Source of the DNA: an uncultured delta proteobacterium
GTDB lineage: Bacteria > Desulfobacterota > Binatia > Binatales > Binataceae
Assembly: GCA_963734845.1 (NCBI GenBank)
Contig: CAVTIS010000004.1
Location: 158,364 to 222,363, forward strand
DNA: 64,000 nt
Direction: 5' to 3'
This document shows, piece by piece, positions 39,363-49,414 of the stretch. The notes under the pieces are model-generated. The model was given only the letters and a program-made list of their open reading frames with translations, was not told the DNA's origin and ran no database searches. The position numbers and the translations under genes were made by a program. Within the stretch, counting starts at the first letter, position 1, and every line of letters begins with the position of its first letter.

Positions 39363-40301
39363 CTACTTCTTGAGCGCAGCTTTGAGCGCCGCGCCCATGT
39401 CCGTGATCGCCTTGCGCGCCTCGTCGAGCACCGCCCCCATCAGCACGAAGCCGTGAGTGACCCCTTCGTAACGGACGCACTCGGTCTTGACGCCTGCCTC
39501 CTGCAAGCGCGCCGCGTAGGTCTCTCCCTCGTCGCGCAGCGGATCGAAACCGGCCGTCACCACCAGCGCCGGCGGCAATCCGCGCAGGCTGCTGGCCTCG
39601 GCCGGGCACGCGTACGGGTTGGTTTTGTCCTTGTCGCTGTTGAGGTAATGGCCCCAGAACCAGATCATGTCCTTCTTGGACAAGATATAACCGTCGTCCT
39701 GAAACTGCTGTTGCGAGGGCGTGTCGAGCCCGGCGTCGGTCGCAGGATAAATCAGGAGCTGGAAGCTGATTTTCGGGCCACCGCGATCGCGCGCCATCAG
39801 TGCAACCACCGCGGCGAGATTTCCGCCCGCGCTGTCGCCGCCGACCGCCACGCGCGCCGGGTCGCCGCCGATCGACGCCGCGTTCTCCGCGGCCCATTTG
39901 GTCGCGGCATAGCAGTCTTCCGGGCCGGCAGGAAATTTGTGCTCCGGCGCGAGCCGATAATCGACCGACACCGTCACGCATCCCGAAGCGTTGCACAGTG
40001 AGCGGCAAAACGAATCCCACGACGTGGTATCGCCGACTGTCCATCCGCCGCCGTGAAAGTAAACCAGCACCGGAAACGGCGCGCGGCCTTCGGGGGTATA
40101 AATCTGTACCGGGATTTGGCCGCCCGGTCCGGGGATGTTGCGTTTCTCTGACTTGGCGACTTTCTCGGGAGCGCTGTTGAATGGCTCCAGCAGCGCCGTA
40201 ATTCCCTGACGCGCCTCGACCGGCGTCATCGAATGGAACGGCTTGCCGCCGGAGGCGGCTGCCTGGTCCAGAATTGCCTTCATTTGGGGATGCAGCTGCA
40301 T
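39363..40301 (-). CDS. alpha/beta-hydrolase fold-3 esterase/lipase (HSL family), paralog
   Basis: YFHGGGWTVGD and GDSAGG motifs; N-terminus MQLHPQMKAILDQAA is parallel to its neighbour's MPLDPQMKAILDKAA. Confidence 0.8.
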   Translation of the reverse strand: MQLHPQMKAILDQAAASGGKPFHSMTPVEARQGITALLEPFNSAPEKVAKSEKRNIPGPGGQIPVQIYTPEGRAPFPVLVYFHGGGWTVGDTTSWDSFCRSLCNASGCVTVSVDYRLAPEHKFPAGPEDCYAATKWAAENAASIGGDPARVAVGGDSAGGNLAAVVALMARDRGGPKISFQLLIYPATDAGLDTPSQQQFQDDGYILSKKDMIWFWGHYLNSDKDKTNPYACPAEASSLRGLPPALVVTAGFDPLRDEGETYAARLQEAGVKTECVRYEGVTHGFVLMGAVLDEARKAITDMGAALKAALKK

Positions 40302-40418
40302 AAGATCAGCTCCTTGATGCGAGGTTCTGCGCGGTTGGGACCCAGCGCGAACGCGAGAATAGCGCAACTCGCGCACGCGGCCCAAGCGCACGCACCCTCT
40401 ACGAAGCCCGTCGCGTCG

Positions 40419-41933
40419 TTAGCGTCGCCAGGCGAGCAGCCGTGCGAGCAGGCGTTTGCGCGACGGCGTTAGCCGCGTGCGATTGTAAGCGTCGGCAATC
40501 TTCTTTATCGCCTCGGCCTGCGTGGGGTAGGGATGAATCACGCCGGCGATTCGCCCAAGGCCGATTCCCGCGGCGATCGCCAGCGTCAATTCCGAAATAA
40601 TTTCGCCAGCGTGGGCCGCGACGATCGTTGCGCCGACGATTTGGTCGGTACCCTCACGCACGTGCACTTTGGCCATCCCCGCGGTCTCTCCGTCGAGCAC
40701 CGCGCGGTCCACCGCGCTCATTTCCTGTGTAAACGTTCGGATCGCGATACCGCGCAGGGTGGCCTCGGCTTCGCTGAGCCCGACGTGCGCGATTTCCGGA
40801 TCGGTGTAGATGCACCACGGAATAGTGAGGCGGCTTGCGCGGTCGCGTCCGAAGAATAGCGCGTTGCGAATCACGATACGCGCGTGCGCGTCGCTAAGAT
40901 GCGTAAACTGCAGCACCGAGCAAACGTCGCCGGCGGCGAAAATGTGAGGGTTGCTGGTTTGCAGATAGTCGTCCACTCGCACCCCGCTTTTGCGATCGTA
41001 TTCCACGCCGGCGGCCTCGAGCCCCATCCCCTCTACGTTGGGCGCGCGTCCCGCGGTCACCAGAATTTCGTCGACTTCGATCTCACGATTCGCGCCGCGA
41101 TACTCAAGTCGCACGACGCGGCCTGCCGCGCTTCGCCCGATGCTCGCCACTTTGCATCCGGTGAGCAGCTCGACGCCGTCGGCCACGATTGCGCGCTCGA
41201 CAATTGCGGCGGCGTCGCAATCCTCGCGCGGCAGAATCTGCTCCAACGCCTCGAGCAGCCATACTTCGGAGCCGAAACGCCGAAACGCCTGCGCGAGTTC
41301 GCATCCGATCGGCCCCGCACCGATCACCGCGAGCCGCCTAGGTAACTCGGTCAGTGAGAAGACCGTTTCGTTGGTGAGAAACCCCGTCTCGGCGAGCCCC
41401 GGAATCGGCGGCGAGGCCGGACGTGCTCCGGTTGCGACCAGCGCCCGGCTGAAATTGAGCCGCTTGCCATCGACTTCGGCTGCTGCGCGTCCGACCAATC
41501 GCGCCTCGCCAAGAAAGACGTCTACGCCGAGGCTCTTGAAGCGCGCGGCCGAGTCGTTGGCGCTCAACTCCGCGCGCACGCGGCGCATCCGTTCCACCAC
41601 TGCGCCAAAGTCTGCATGCGGCGCAGTTGTGATCCCATAGCTCAGCGCGTGATTGCTGTCGCCGCATACGCGCGAGGCGCGAATCAGCGCTTTCGACGGG
41701 ACGCAACCGAAGTTCAAGCAATCGCCGCCCATCAAGCGGCGCTCGACCAGTGCGACTCGCGCGCCCAGCCCCGCGGCGCCAGCGGCGGCCACCAAGCCCG
41801 CCGTGCCGGCGCCGATCACCAGCAGGTTGTAGCGCGGCGCCGGTTCGGGATTTACCCAATCCTCGGGGTGGACGTTGGCGAGAAGCCTCGCGTCGTACTC
41901 GTCCGCAGGCGCGATGCGCGATGCGTCTGCCAT
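40419..41933 (-). CDS. FAD-dependent pyridine nucleotide-disulfide oxidoreductase (dihydrolipoyl dehydrogenase family)
   Basis: redox-active disulfide GGDCLNFGCVPSK; C-terminal HAGE motif (AAHAGEIISE); no C-terminal Cys pair, so not MerA. Confidence 0.75.
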   Translation of the reverse strand: MADASRIAPADEYDARLLANVHPEDWVNPEPAPRYNLLVIGAGTAGLVAAAGAAGLGARVALVERRLMGGDCLNFGCVPSKALIRASRVCGDSNHALSYGITTAPHADFGAVVERMRRVRAELSANDSAARFKSLGVDVFLGEARLVGRAAAEVDGKRLNFSRALVATGARPASPPIPGLAETGFLTNETVFSLTELPRRLAVIGAGPIGCELAQAFRRFGSEVWLLEALEQILPREDCDAAAIVERAIVADGVELLTGCKVASIGRSAAGRVVRLEYRGANREIEVDEILVTAGRAPNVEGMGLEAAGVEYDRKSGVRVDDYLQTSNPHIFAAGDVCSVLQFTHLSDAHARIVIRNALFFGRDRASRLTIPWCIYTDPEIAHVGLSEAEATLRGIAIRTFTQEMSAVDRAVLDGETAGMAKVHVREGTDQIVGATIVAAHAGEIISELTLAIAAGIGLGRIAGVIHPYPTQAEAIKKIADAYNRTRLTPSRKRLLARLLAWRR

Positions 41934-41939
41934 CGCGGC

Positions 41940-42278
41940 TCACGCCTTTTGCTTGAAGCTATACTCGTGGAGCGGGGTGCAGACGGTGATTTCAAACTCG
42001 GCGTAAAAGGCCTGCCGTCCGCGCTCCTGCGCCTTGCGATGCTCGGGATTTTCCCGCCACTCGGCCAGTGCCTCTGCCGAAGCCCATTCGGTGATGCCGA
42101 GCAATTCGCCGTCATGATTTTTGTACTCGCGAAACGAGATGAAGCCGGGCATCGCGTTTACGATCTTCAGCATCCGCTCCGCGGTGGTGTTGTATTCATC
42201 GCGCTCGGCGGCGCTCAGGTTCCTCATCCGAAAGCGAAAGATGCTGATCACGCGATTGGGATTCTTTTGCTCGGCCAT
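41940..42278 (-). CDS. antibiotic-biosynthesis-monooxygenase (ABM) domain protein
   Basis: 112-aa ABM-like ferredoxin-fold protein (ISIFRFRMRNLS...FISFREYK). Confidence 0.55.
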   Translation of the reverse strand: MAEQKNPNRVISIFRFRMRNLSAAERDEYNTTAERMLKIVNAMPGFISFREYKNHDGELLGITEWASAEALAEWRENPEHRKAQERGRQAFYAEFEITVCTPLHEYSFKQKA

Positions 42279-42316
42279 GGCTATTTCCTTTTCCTAACGG
42301 ACATCGCCTTGCCTGG

Positions 42317-43495
42317 TCACTCGCGCGCGTCGAGGCCCATCCGGCGCGCGATGATCACCTTCATGATCTCGTTGGTGCCCGCGTAGATCGATTGCACTGC
42401 CGCGTCGGCGTAGTCGGTCGCCACCGGAAACTCCATCATGAAGCCATAGCCGCCGTGCAGCTGCAGGCACTGACTTGAGACGCGCTTGAGTAGCTCGGTC
42501 ACCCACCATTTCGCCATGCTGACTTCGGTCACGAGTTCCTCGCCGCGCACGTGCGCAGCCAGCAGGCGGTCGACGAAGGCCTGGCCGACCTCGACCTCGG
42601 TCAGCATCTCGGCGAGCTTGAACTGAGTGTTCTGGAACGACGCGATGGGCTGGCCGAAGGCCTTGCGGCCGCGGGTGTACTCGATGGTGTCGTCGAGGCA
42701 TCGCCGCGCGCTGGTGATTGCGCCGACCGCGGTGACCAGCCGTTCCTGCTGCAGCTTGTCCATCAGCATCTTGAACCCCGCGCCCTCGCGGCCCAGAAGG
42801 TTGGTGACCGGCACGCGGCAATCCTCGAAGAACAGCTCGCTGGTGTCCTGGCCGCGAAAGCCGAGCTTGTCGAGCTTGCGTCCGCGCACGAACCCCGGCG
42901 CATCGGCTTCGACCAGGATGAGGCTGACGCCGCGATGGGGCGGGTTGGCTTTGGGGTCGGTCTTCACGACCACGACGAAGAGGTCGGCGATCTGGCCGTT
43001 GGAGATGAAAATCTTGGAGCCGTTGATGACGTAGCTGTCGCCGTCGCGCCGCGCGGTGGTTTGCACCGCGGCGAGATCGGAGCCGGTGCCCGGCTCAGTC
43101 ATCGCGATACCCATGATCACGTCGCCGCTGATCGCTCCCGGAGCCCATCGCCGCTTCTGCTCCTCGCTGCCGAAACTGACTAGGTAGGGTAGGCAGATGT
43201 CCGAGTGCAGCCCCATCATCAGACCGTGCGCGCGCACCCGCGCCATCTCTTCGATCACGATCGCATCGTAGATAAAGTCCACGCCGCCGCCGCCGTATTC
43301 TGCCGGCGCGTTAGGCGCGAGAAATCCGGCGGCGCCCAGCTTGCGCCAGCTCTCTCGGTCGCTCATCCCGGCGCGGTTCCATCCGTCGATCTTCGGCACA
43401 ATTTCGGTCTCGACGAAACGGCGCACCTGCGCCCGGAACATCTCGTGCTCTTCGGTGAAAATGTCGCGTCGCATATTGGGGTTGGCCTCGGGCAA
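42317..43495 (-). CDS. acyl-CoA dehydrogenase
   Basis: 392 aa; ACAD N, middle (GSDLAAV) and C-terminal (QLHGGYGF) signatures. Confidence 0.85.
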   Translation of the reverse strand: MPEANPNMRRDIFTEEHEMFRAQVRRFVETEIVPKIDGWNRAGMSDRESWRKLGAAGFLAPNAPAEYGGGGVDFIYDAIVIEEMARVRAHGLMMGLHSDICLPYLVSFGSEEQKRRWAPGAISGDVIMGIAMTEPGTGSDLAAVQTTARRDGDSYVINGSKIFISNGQIADLFVVVVKTDPKANPPHRGVSLILVEADAPGFVRGRKLDKLGFRGQDTSELFFEDCRVPVTNLLGREGAGFKMLMDKLQQERLVTAVGAITSARRCLDDTIEYTRGRKAFGQPIASFQNTQFKLAEMLTEVEVGQAFVDRLLAAHVRGEELVTEVSMAKWWVTELLKRVSSQCLQLHGGYGFMMEFPVATDYADAAVQSIYAGTNEIMKVIIARRMGLDARE

Positions 43496-43638
43496 ATCCT
43501 TACACGGACGCGCCGGTGTTCCAACCGGAGCGGCGGCCGCAGCCGGGAGCCCTTCGAAAGCCCCAACGAGGGTTTGTGCCCGAGGAAGCCGGCGCGCTAC
43601 ATAAGATCAAACCGCTGCTCGCGTATCGGAGGATACAG

Positions 43639-44244
43639 ATGCTCAAGATTTACGGCACTTCCAAGTCGCGCTCGGCCCGCGCCCTTTGGGCACTCGAGGA
43701 ACTGGGGCTCAAGTACGAACACATTCCGGTCGAGGTGGCCAAGGCCAAGTCGCCCGAACACCTCAAGCTCAACCCTAACGGACACGTCCCGGTGCTCGAA
43801 GACGACGGGAAAATTTTCTGGGAGTCGATGGCCATCAATCTCTACCTCGCGGCCAAGTATGGCAAGGCGCCGTTTTGGCCCGAGTCGCACGAGGACCGCG
43901 GCCATGCGGTTCAGTGGAGTTTATGGGGAATGACCGAGGCCGAACCGCATCTGCTGACCATCCTGCGCAACCGCATGCTGCTGCCGGCCGAGCAGCGCAA
44001 CGAACAGGCGGCGGTGACGGCAGTCGCGGCGATGGAAGCGCCGCTGAAGGTGCTCGACGGAGCGCTTAAGGGGCGCGACTATCTGCTCGGCAAAGACTTT
44101 ACGATCGCTGATCTCAACCTGGCCTCGGTAATGAGCTTCGCGATGTTTGCGAAGCTGGATATGGCGGCGACGCCGGTGGCGCAAGCGTGGATGCAGAAAT
44201 GCCTCGGGCGCGATGCGTTCAAGAAGGCGCGCAGCCTGCCGTAG
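43639..44244 (+). CDS. glutathione S-transferase
   Basis: MLKIYGTSKSRSARALWALEELGL start after SD GGAGGA; GST N and C domains. Confidence 0.75.
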   Translation: MLKIYGTSKSRSARALWALEELGLKYEHIPVEVAKAKSPEHLKLNPNGHVPVLEDDGKIFWESMAINLYLAAKYGKAPFWPESHEDRGHAVQWSLWGMTEAEPHLLTILRNRMLLPAEQRNEQAAVTAVAAMEAPLKVLDGALKGRDYLLGKDFTIADLNLASVMSFAMFAKLDMAATPVAQAWMQKCLGRDAFKKARSLP

Positions 44245-44267
44245 GAATGTGAAAAGGGAGAATAGTT

Positions 44268-44648
44268 ATGGAGCGCGGTCATCTTTTGGATCTCACCAAT
44301 CGCTTCGTCGAAGCGTTCAATCGCAACGATCTGGACGCCGTAATGACATTCTTCGCCGACGACGGTATCTACGATGAGTTCAATGGCCGCCGCAATGTGG
44401 GCAAGGCCGCGGTCCGTGCGGCTTTCGAGCCGCAATTCAACGGCGCGTTTGGTGAGATGAAATTCATCGACGAAGACATGTTTGTCGACGCCGACGCGGG
44501 CAAGGTGATGGCGAGTTGGCGCTGCACGCTGAGCGTCAAGGGCCAGCCGACGTCATGGCGTGGGCTCGACCTGATGCATTTCAAGGGCGATAAGCTAGTG
44601 CAGAAGCTGACTTACGCCAAGACCAAGGTTCCGCTGTTTCAAAGCTGA
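44268..44648 (+). CDS. SnoaL-like / NTF2-like domain protein
   Basis: LTNRFVEAFNRNDLDAVMTFFADDGIYDEF typical of the SnoaL-like polyketide-cyclase fold. Confidence 0.65.
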   Translation: MERGHLLDLTNRFVEAFNRNDLDAVMTFFADDGIYDEFNGRRNVGKAAVRAAFEPQFNGAFGEMKFIDEDMFVDADAGKVMASWRCTLSVKGQPTSWRGLDLMHFKGDKLVQKLTYAKTKVPLFQS

Positions 44649-44655
44649 ATCGCCG

Positions 44656-44761
44656 CCTGCACATAGTGCAGGGTTATCGCGCGAGCGGGTCGCCCCGCGC
44701 CGCAGATTGCGCGGGGCGACGTTGCGGCAGGATCGTAGCGCGTGTTGCGCGCGAGCAACAC
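44656..44761. other. three consecutive perfect hairpins in an intergenic region (terminator/REP-like/structured RNA candidate)
   Basis: CCTGCAC-ATA-GTGCAGG (44656-44672); GTCGCCCCGCGC-CGCAGATT-GCGCGGGGCGAC (44689-44720); GTGTTGC-GCGCGA-GCAACAC (44742-44761). Confidence 0.5.
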
Positions 44762-44933
44762 TTCTTCCGAACAACTTCCCAAAGTTTCTCTAACTTCCGC
44801 CAAGCCGGTCTTTACTAACATCGAGTGCTGGCACGAGCTCTGCTCGTGTATGGGCTCGTACGACGCCACTTCCCTGCCTTCGGGGGCGAAACGAATCACG
44901 CACCGTTGGGTGCCACAAAAGAGGAGTGTCTAG

Positions 44934-45572
44934 ATGTTGAACGCACGTTCGCGCACTACGAGATTCTCCCACCTGGCCGCTTTGACTTTCGCCTGCGTGG
45001 CGATCGGGCTTTGCGCGCCGCGCCTGGCGCTCGCCGACCGCGGTCATGGCGGCAAAGGCCACGAGGGAAAAGGCGAAATGCAGGTTCAGTGGGTCAATCA
45101 TTTCGACTTATTCTCGGGCGACCCATCAGTGACCACCACTTCGTCCCTGTCGACCAACTCCGGCGTCGGCGGCGGCCTAACTGCGCTGGTCATCACTTCA
45201 AGCACGACTGGCGATATCGATTCGTTCGGCGGCGACAAGGTCGTGCAGATGGCGCTCGAACTGCAACCCAAGGCTCGTATCGTGGGCGTGCGTGTGTGTT
45301 ACGAATTGTCGGATCCGGGCCCGAGCGGCAGTTTTATTGATCAGATCCGGCTCGCGCAGATACAGGATCCGCCGGATACCGCGTTGGTGCTGCTCGATGA
45401 CGGCACGGCGCTGAACGCCTCCGGGCCGACCTGCGTGAACAGCGCGCTCGCGTCGCCACCGATCCGTGCAAAGGACGGTTCGGTCCTGTTAAGTCTGCGG
45501 GTCACTTTCAGCAACATTGCCGACAAGATCGCGGTGCGTGCGGTCGGACTCCTGGTGAACCCGCAAGACTAG
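44934..45572 (+). CDS. secreted hypothetical protein
   Basis: signal peptide LAALTFACVAIGLCAPRLALA; Gly/Ser/Thr-rich mature protein with no recognisable domain. Confidence 0.5.
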   Translation: MLNARSRTTRFSHLAALTFACVAIGLCAPRLALADRGHGGKGHEGKGEMQVQWVNHFDLFSGDPSVTTTSSLSTNSGVGGGLTALVITSSTTGDIDSFGGDKVVQMALELQPKARIVGVRVCYELSDPGPSGSFIDQIRLAQIQDPPDTALVLLDDGTALNASGPTCVNSALASPPIRAKDGSVLLSLRVTFSNIADKIAVRAVGLLVNPQD

Positions 45573-45623
45573 GCCACGTGAAGACAGGGGAACTCGACTA
45601 GAGAACCCGGCATTTTTAATTCA

Positions 45624-45677
45624 GGCGTTGCGGGCCGCGGCCTTGAAGCCTCGGTTCGCAACGCCATTTTTTGTTTG
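45624..45677 (+). terminator. rho-independent terminator
   Basis: GGCGTTGCG...CGCAACGCC stem followed by ATTTTTTGTTTG immediately downstream of the 44934..45572 gene. Confidence 0.65.
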
Positions 45678-45744
45678 CATTTCGGATCCAAACGTTTGCG
45701 AGCCTTTGACAGGCGCGAGCGATCCAGCTTGAGTACCAGCTAAC

Positions 45745-46941
45745 ATGCAGGAGGCGTCCGTCATGGGAGTTTTGTCAGGCTACAAAATCATTGAATTCGC
45801 GGGTATCGGCCCCGCCCCGATGTGCGCGATGCTGCTTTCGGACATGGGAGCCGAAATCCTGCGCCTGGACCGCGCCGAGGATGCCAACCTCGGAATCAAT
45901 ACCGAATCGAAGTACAACCTGCTGGGCCGTGGCCGCCGCTCGGTGGCGATCGATCTCAAGCGCCGCGAGGGCACCGAACTCGCCCTCAAGCTGATCGAGC
46001 GGGCCGACGCGCTGATCGAGGGTTTCCGGCCGGGCGTGATGGAACGTCTGGGGCTCGGACCCGACGTGTGCCAGGCGCGCAACCCGAAACTGGTCTATGG
46101 ACGGATGACCGGCTGGGGGCAGGACGGACCGCTTGCGCTCGCGGCCGGCCACGACATCAACTACATCGCGCTGACCGGCGCGCTTCATTCGATCGGGCGG
46201 CGCGGCGAAGCCCCGGTGCCGCCGCTTAACCTGGTCGGCGACTTCGGCGGCGGCGGCGTGTACCTTGCGCTGGGCGTGGTGGCGGGCCTGCTCGAAGCGA
46301 AGACGTCGGGCAAGGGACAGGTGATCGATGTCGCGATGATCGACGGCGCGTCATCTCTGATGGCCGGGATTTACGGCCTGCGCGGCGCGGGCGTGTGGAA
46401 CGACAATCGCGGCGAAAACATCCTCGACACCGGCGCGCACTATTACAACGTCTACGAGACCAGCGACGGCAAGTACGTCTCGATAGGCTCGATCGAGGGC
46501 AAATTCTACGCCGAACTGCTGCGGCTCACCGGGTTGGAAGGCGAGAAGCTGCCGCGCCAGAACGATCGCACGCAATGGCCCGCGTTCCAAGAGCGGCTCA
46601 AGGCGGTATTCAAGACCAAGACCCGCGACCAGTGGTGCACGATCATGGAAGGCAGCGAGGTGTGCTTTGCGCCCGTGCTCACCTTGATCGAGGCGCCGCA
46701 GCATCCGCACAACCGCCATCGCGGAACCTTCGTCGAGGTCGACGGCGTGGTGCAGCCGGCGCCGGCGCCGCGCTTTAGCCGCACGCCGAGCAAAATCCAG
46801 TGCCCGCCGGCGCGCCCGGGCGAGCATACCGACGAAGCGTTGCGGGATTGGGGTTTCAAGCCCTCCGAACTCGAGGGGCTGCGTTCAAGCGGCGCCATCG
46901 GCGTGCGCAACGCGGAAGCGAAAGCGGCGGCCGGGCGTTAG
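45745..46941 (+). CDS. CoA-transferase family III (CaiB/BaiF-like)
   Basis: YKIIEFAGIGPAPMCAMLLSDMGAEILRLDR...GHDINYIALTG typical of family-III CoA-transferases. Confidence 0.85.
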   Translation: MQEASVMGVLSGYKIIEFAGIGPAPMCAMLLSDMGAEILRLDRAEDANLGINTESKYNLLGRGRRSVAIDLKRREGTELALKLIERADALIEGFRPGVMERLGLGPDVCQARNPKLVYGRMTGWGQDGPLALAAGHDINYIALTGALHSIGRRGEAPVPPLNLVGDFGGGGVYLALGVVAGLLEAKTSGKGQVIDVAMIDGASSLMAGIYGLRGAGVWNDNRGENILDTGAHYYNVYETSDGKYVSIGSIEGKFYAELLRLTGLEGEKLPRQNDRTQWPAFQERLKAVFKTKTRDQWCTIMEGSEVCFAPVLTLIEAPQHPHNRHRGTFVEVDGVVQPAPAPRFSRTPSKIQCPPARPGEHTDEALRDWGFKPSELEGLRSSGAIGVRNAEAKAAAGR

Positions 46942-46969
46942 AACCAGCCCGTTGCAAGCGGCGCGATGT

Positions 46970-47656
46970 TCATCGCGTCGCGAGCAGCGCCGGCAGGTCG
47001 TAGCCGACGAGGTCGCCCACGCGCTCGACGGTGATGTCGGGCGGTCGGTAGCTTGCGACGTCGTCGGCGTGAGCGTAGTGCCCCTGGCGCGGAAAAACCG
47101 TGGTCACGCGCTTGCCCCAGATTTCCTTGACCGCAGCCAGGATTCGCACCTTGTCGTCGATCAACACATAATGAGTCGCCGGGTAACGGCGCTCGACCTC
47201 CTCAAGCTCCTTCTCCTTGTGGATATAAATCAACACGCGCCCCTCGACGGCCTCGTATATCCCGGAGCGTTTCACCTTGCGCGGCTGGAACACCACGTCA
47301 CCGTCGGAGAGGATGACGGTCGGTCCGAAGGGTGCCAGATGCGCGATCGTATCGAGCGAGCCCGGATAGAGCCGGTTGGCGAACGGATATTCGACCAGGT
47401 ACGAAGAGACCTCGTAAAGATGAGTGTCGTGCGGATGCTCGACACGATATCGCTGAAGCGCGCCGAGGTAGTCGGCATAGCCGAGTTCCTTGCGTAGCTC
47501 CTCGAAGATGGCCCAGTAGCGTTCCTGCGGATCGGCGCCGACCTCACGCGTGAGATGGCGCCTCAAGTCTTCCGACACGCGATCGTTGTCGAGCAGCGTG
47601 TTGTCGACGTCGAACAGGAACACCACGGCGGTAGGGGACTTCGATGACGGCGGCAT
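46970..47656 (-). CDS. HAD-superfamily hydrolase
   Basis: motif I FLFDVDNTLLD at the N-terminus; SDGD and D-containing downstream motifs. Confidence 0.65.
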   Translation of the reverse strand: MPPSSKSPTAVVFLFDVDNTLLDNDRVSEDLRRHLTREVGADPQERYWAIFEELRKELGYADYLGALQRYRVEHPHDTHLYEVSSYLVEYPFANRLYPGSLDTIAHLAPFGPTVILSDGDVVFQPRKVKRSGIYEAVEGRVLIYIHKEKELEEVERRYPATHYVLIDDKVRILAAVKEIWGKRVTTVFPRQGHYAHADDVASYRPPDITVERVGDLVGYDLPALLATR

Positions 47657-47833
47657 AGCTCCTCGCTGGGGCGGAATCGCGCCCGTTAATAAAGATTGCA
47701 GGCAGTGGCGGCGCCAACAAGCGTCGCGCGCGCGCTTCTCGCGCCGGCGAATTTGCGCTATCTGGCGTCATGGCGGTTGGCGCGTCCGCCAGCGGCCCGT
47801 ATCACCAGTCGAGCGCGCAACGGAGGTTGTCGG

Positions 47834-49411
47834 ATGAAACGCGAGACGCCCGAGACGGGAAGTGAGCGCCGATCCGTGCGGCCGCTTACTGGCAAGGAAT
47901 TTCTGGAAAGCATCCGCGATTCGCGCGAGGTCTGGATATACGGCGAACGGGTCAGGGACGTGACGACGCATCCCGCGTTCCGTAACTCGGCGCGGATGCT
48001 GGCGCGGATGTACGACGCCCTGCATGATCCGCAAAAGAGCCCGGCGCTCACCGCGCCCACCGACACCGGCAACGGTGGTTTCACGCACAAGTTCTACAAG
48101 GTCCCGCGCACCGCGGAGGATCTGGTCGGCGCGCGCGACGCGATCGCCGAGTGGGCGAAAGTCTCTTACGGATGGCTCGGACGATCGCCGGACTACAAGG
48201 CGAGTCTCACCGGCACGCTGGGCGCCAATGCCGAGTTCTACGCGCCCTACCAGGAAAATGCGCTCCGATGGTATCGCGAGACGCAGGAAAAATGCCTGTT
48301 CCTCAACCACGCCCTGGTCAATCCGCCCACCGACCGCAGCAAATCGCCCGACGAAGTGACCGACGTCTTCGTGCACGTGGAGAAGGAAACCGACGCCGGC
48401 GTGATGGTCAGCGGGGCCAAGGTCGTGGCGACCGGCTCTGCGCTGACCCACTACAATTTCATCGGCTTTTACGGCCCGACTCCGCTCGGCAAGCCCGAGC
48501 TAGCGATTTTCGCGATGATTCCGATGGATACGCGCGGCGTGAAGCTCATCTGCCGCCCGTCGTACGAATTGATGGCGGCGACGATGGGCAGTCCGTTCGA
48601 CTATCCGCTTTCCTCGCGCCTGGACGAGAACGACGCCGTGCTCATCCTCGACCAGGTGCTGATACCGTGGGAGAACCTGTTCGTTTACCGCGACGTCGAA
48701 AAGGCCAACACTTTTTTTCCGCGCTCAGGCTTCATCCCGCGCTTCACGCTGCACGGATGCACGCGGCTCGCGGTGAAGCTCGATTTTCTGGCCGGGCTGA
48801 TTCTGAAAGCGATCGACGCGATCGGATCGAAGGAACTGCGTTCGGCCCAGGTGCAGGCGGGAGAGGTGCTGGCGTGGCGCAACGTGTTCTGGGGGCTGAC
48901 CGACGCGATGGCCCGCACGCCCGATCCATGGGTCAACGGCACGGTTCTGCCAAAAGCAGAGTATGGTATGGCGTACCGCTTCCTCGCGACCACTGCCTAT
49001 CCGCGGATCAAGGAAATCGCCGAACAGACCATCTCGAGCGGCCTTATCTACCTCAATTCTCACGCCGCCGATTTCAAGAATCCGGAGTTGCGCCCATACC
49101 TCGACAAATACCTGCGCGGCTCCAACGGTTACGACGCGCTTGAGCGGGTCAAGCTGCTCAAGGTGCTATGGGACGCGATTGGGACCGAGTTCGGCGGCCG
49201 CCACGAACTATACGAGCGCAACTACGCGGGCAACTACGAAAACATCAGGCTCGAAAATCTGCCGATGGCGCTCGCCACCGGCCGCGCGGAGGAACTGACC
49301 GGGTTCGTCGATAAATGCATGGCCGAGTACGACCTGGACGGATGGAAAGTCCCGGACCTGGTCAATCCCACTGACGTGAATGTGATCATGAAGAAGCCGA
49401 AGCATGGATGA
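47834..49411 (+). CDS. 4-hydroxyphenylacetate 3-monooxygenase oxygenase-component family (HpaB-like) flavin-dependent monooxygenase
   Basis: [44 protein letters not shown] and about 525-aa length; ATG 47834 after SD GGAGG; the upstream ORF-track extension was discarded. Confidence 0.7.
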   Translation: MKRETPETGSERRSVRPLTGKEFLESIRDSREVWIYGERVRDVTTHPAFRNSARMLARMYDALHDPQKSPALTAPTDTGNGGFTHKFYKVPRTAEDLVGARDAIAEWAKVSYGWLGRSPDYKASLTGTLGANAEFYAPYQENALRWYRETQEKCLFLNHALVNPPTDRSKSPDEVTDVFVHVEKETDAGVMVSGAKVVATGSALTHYNFIGFYGPTPLGKPELAIFAMIPMDTRGVKLICRPSYELMAATMGSPFDYPLSSRLDENDAVLILDQVLIPWENLFVYRDVEKANTFFPRSGFIPRFTLHGCTRLAVKLDFLAGLILKAIDAIGSKELRSAQVQAGEVLAWRNVFWGLTDAMARTPDPWVNGTVLPKAEYGMAYRFLATTAYPRIKEIAEQTISSGLIYLNSHAADFKNPELRPYLDKYLRGSNGYDALERVKLLKVLWDAIGTEFGGRHELYERNYAGNYENIRLENLPMALATGRAEELTGFVDKCMAEYDLDGWKVPDLVNPTDVNVIMKKPKHG

Positions 49412-49414
49412 CAC

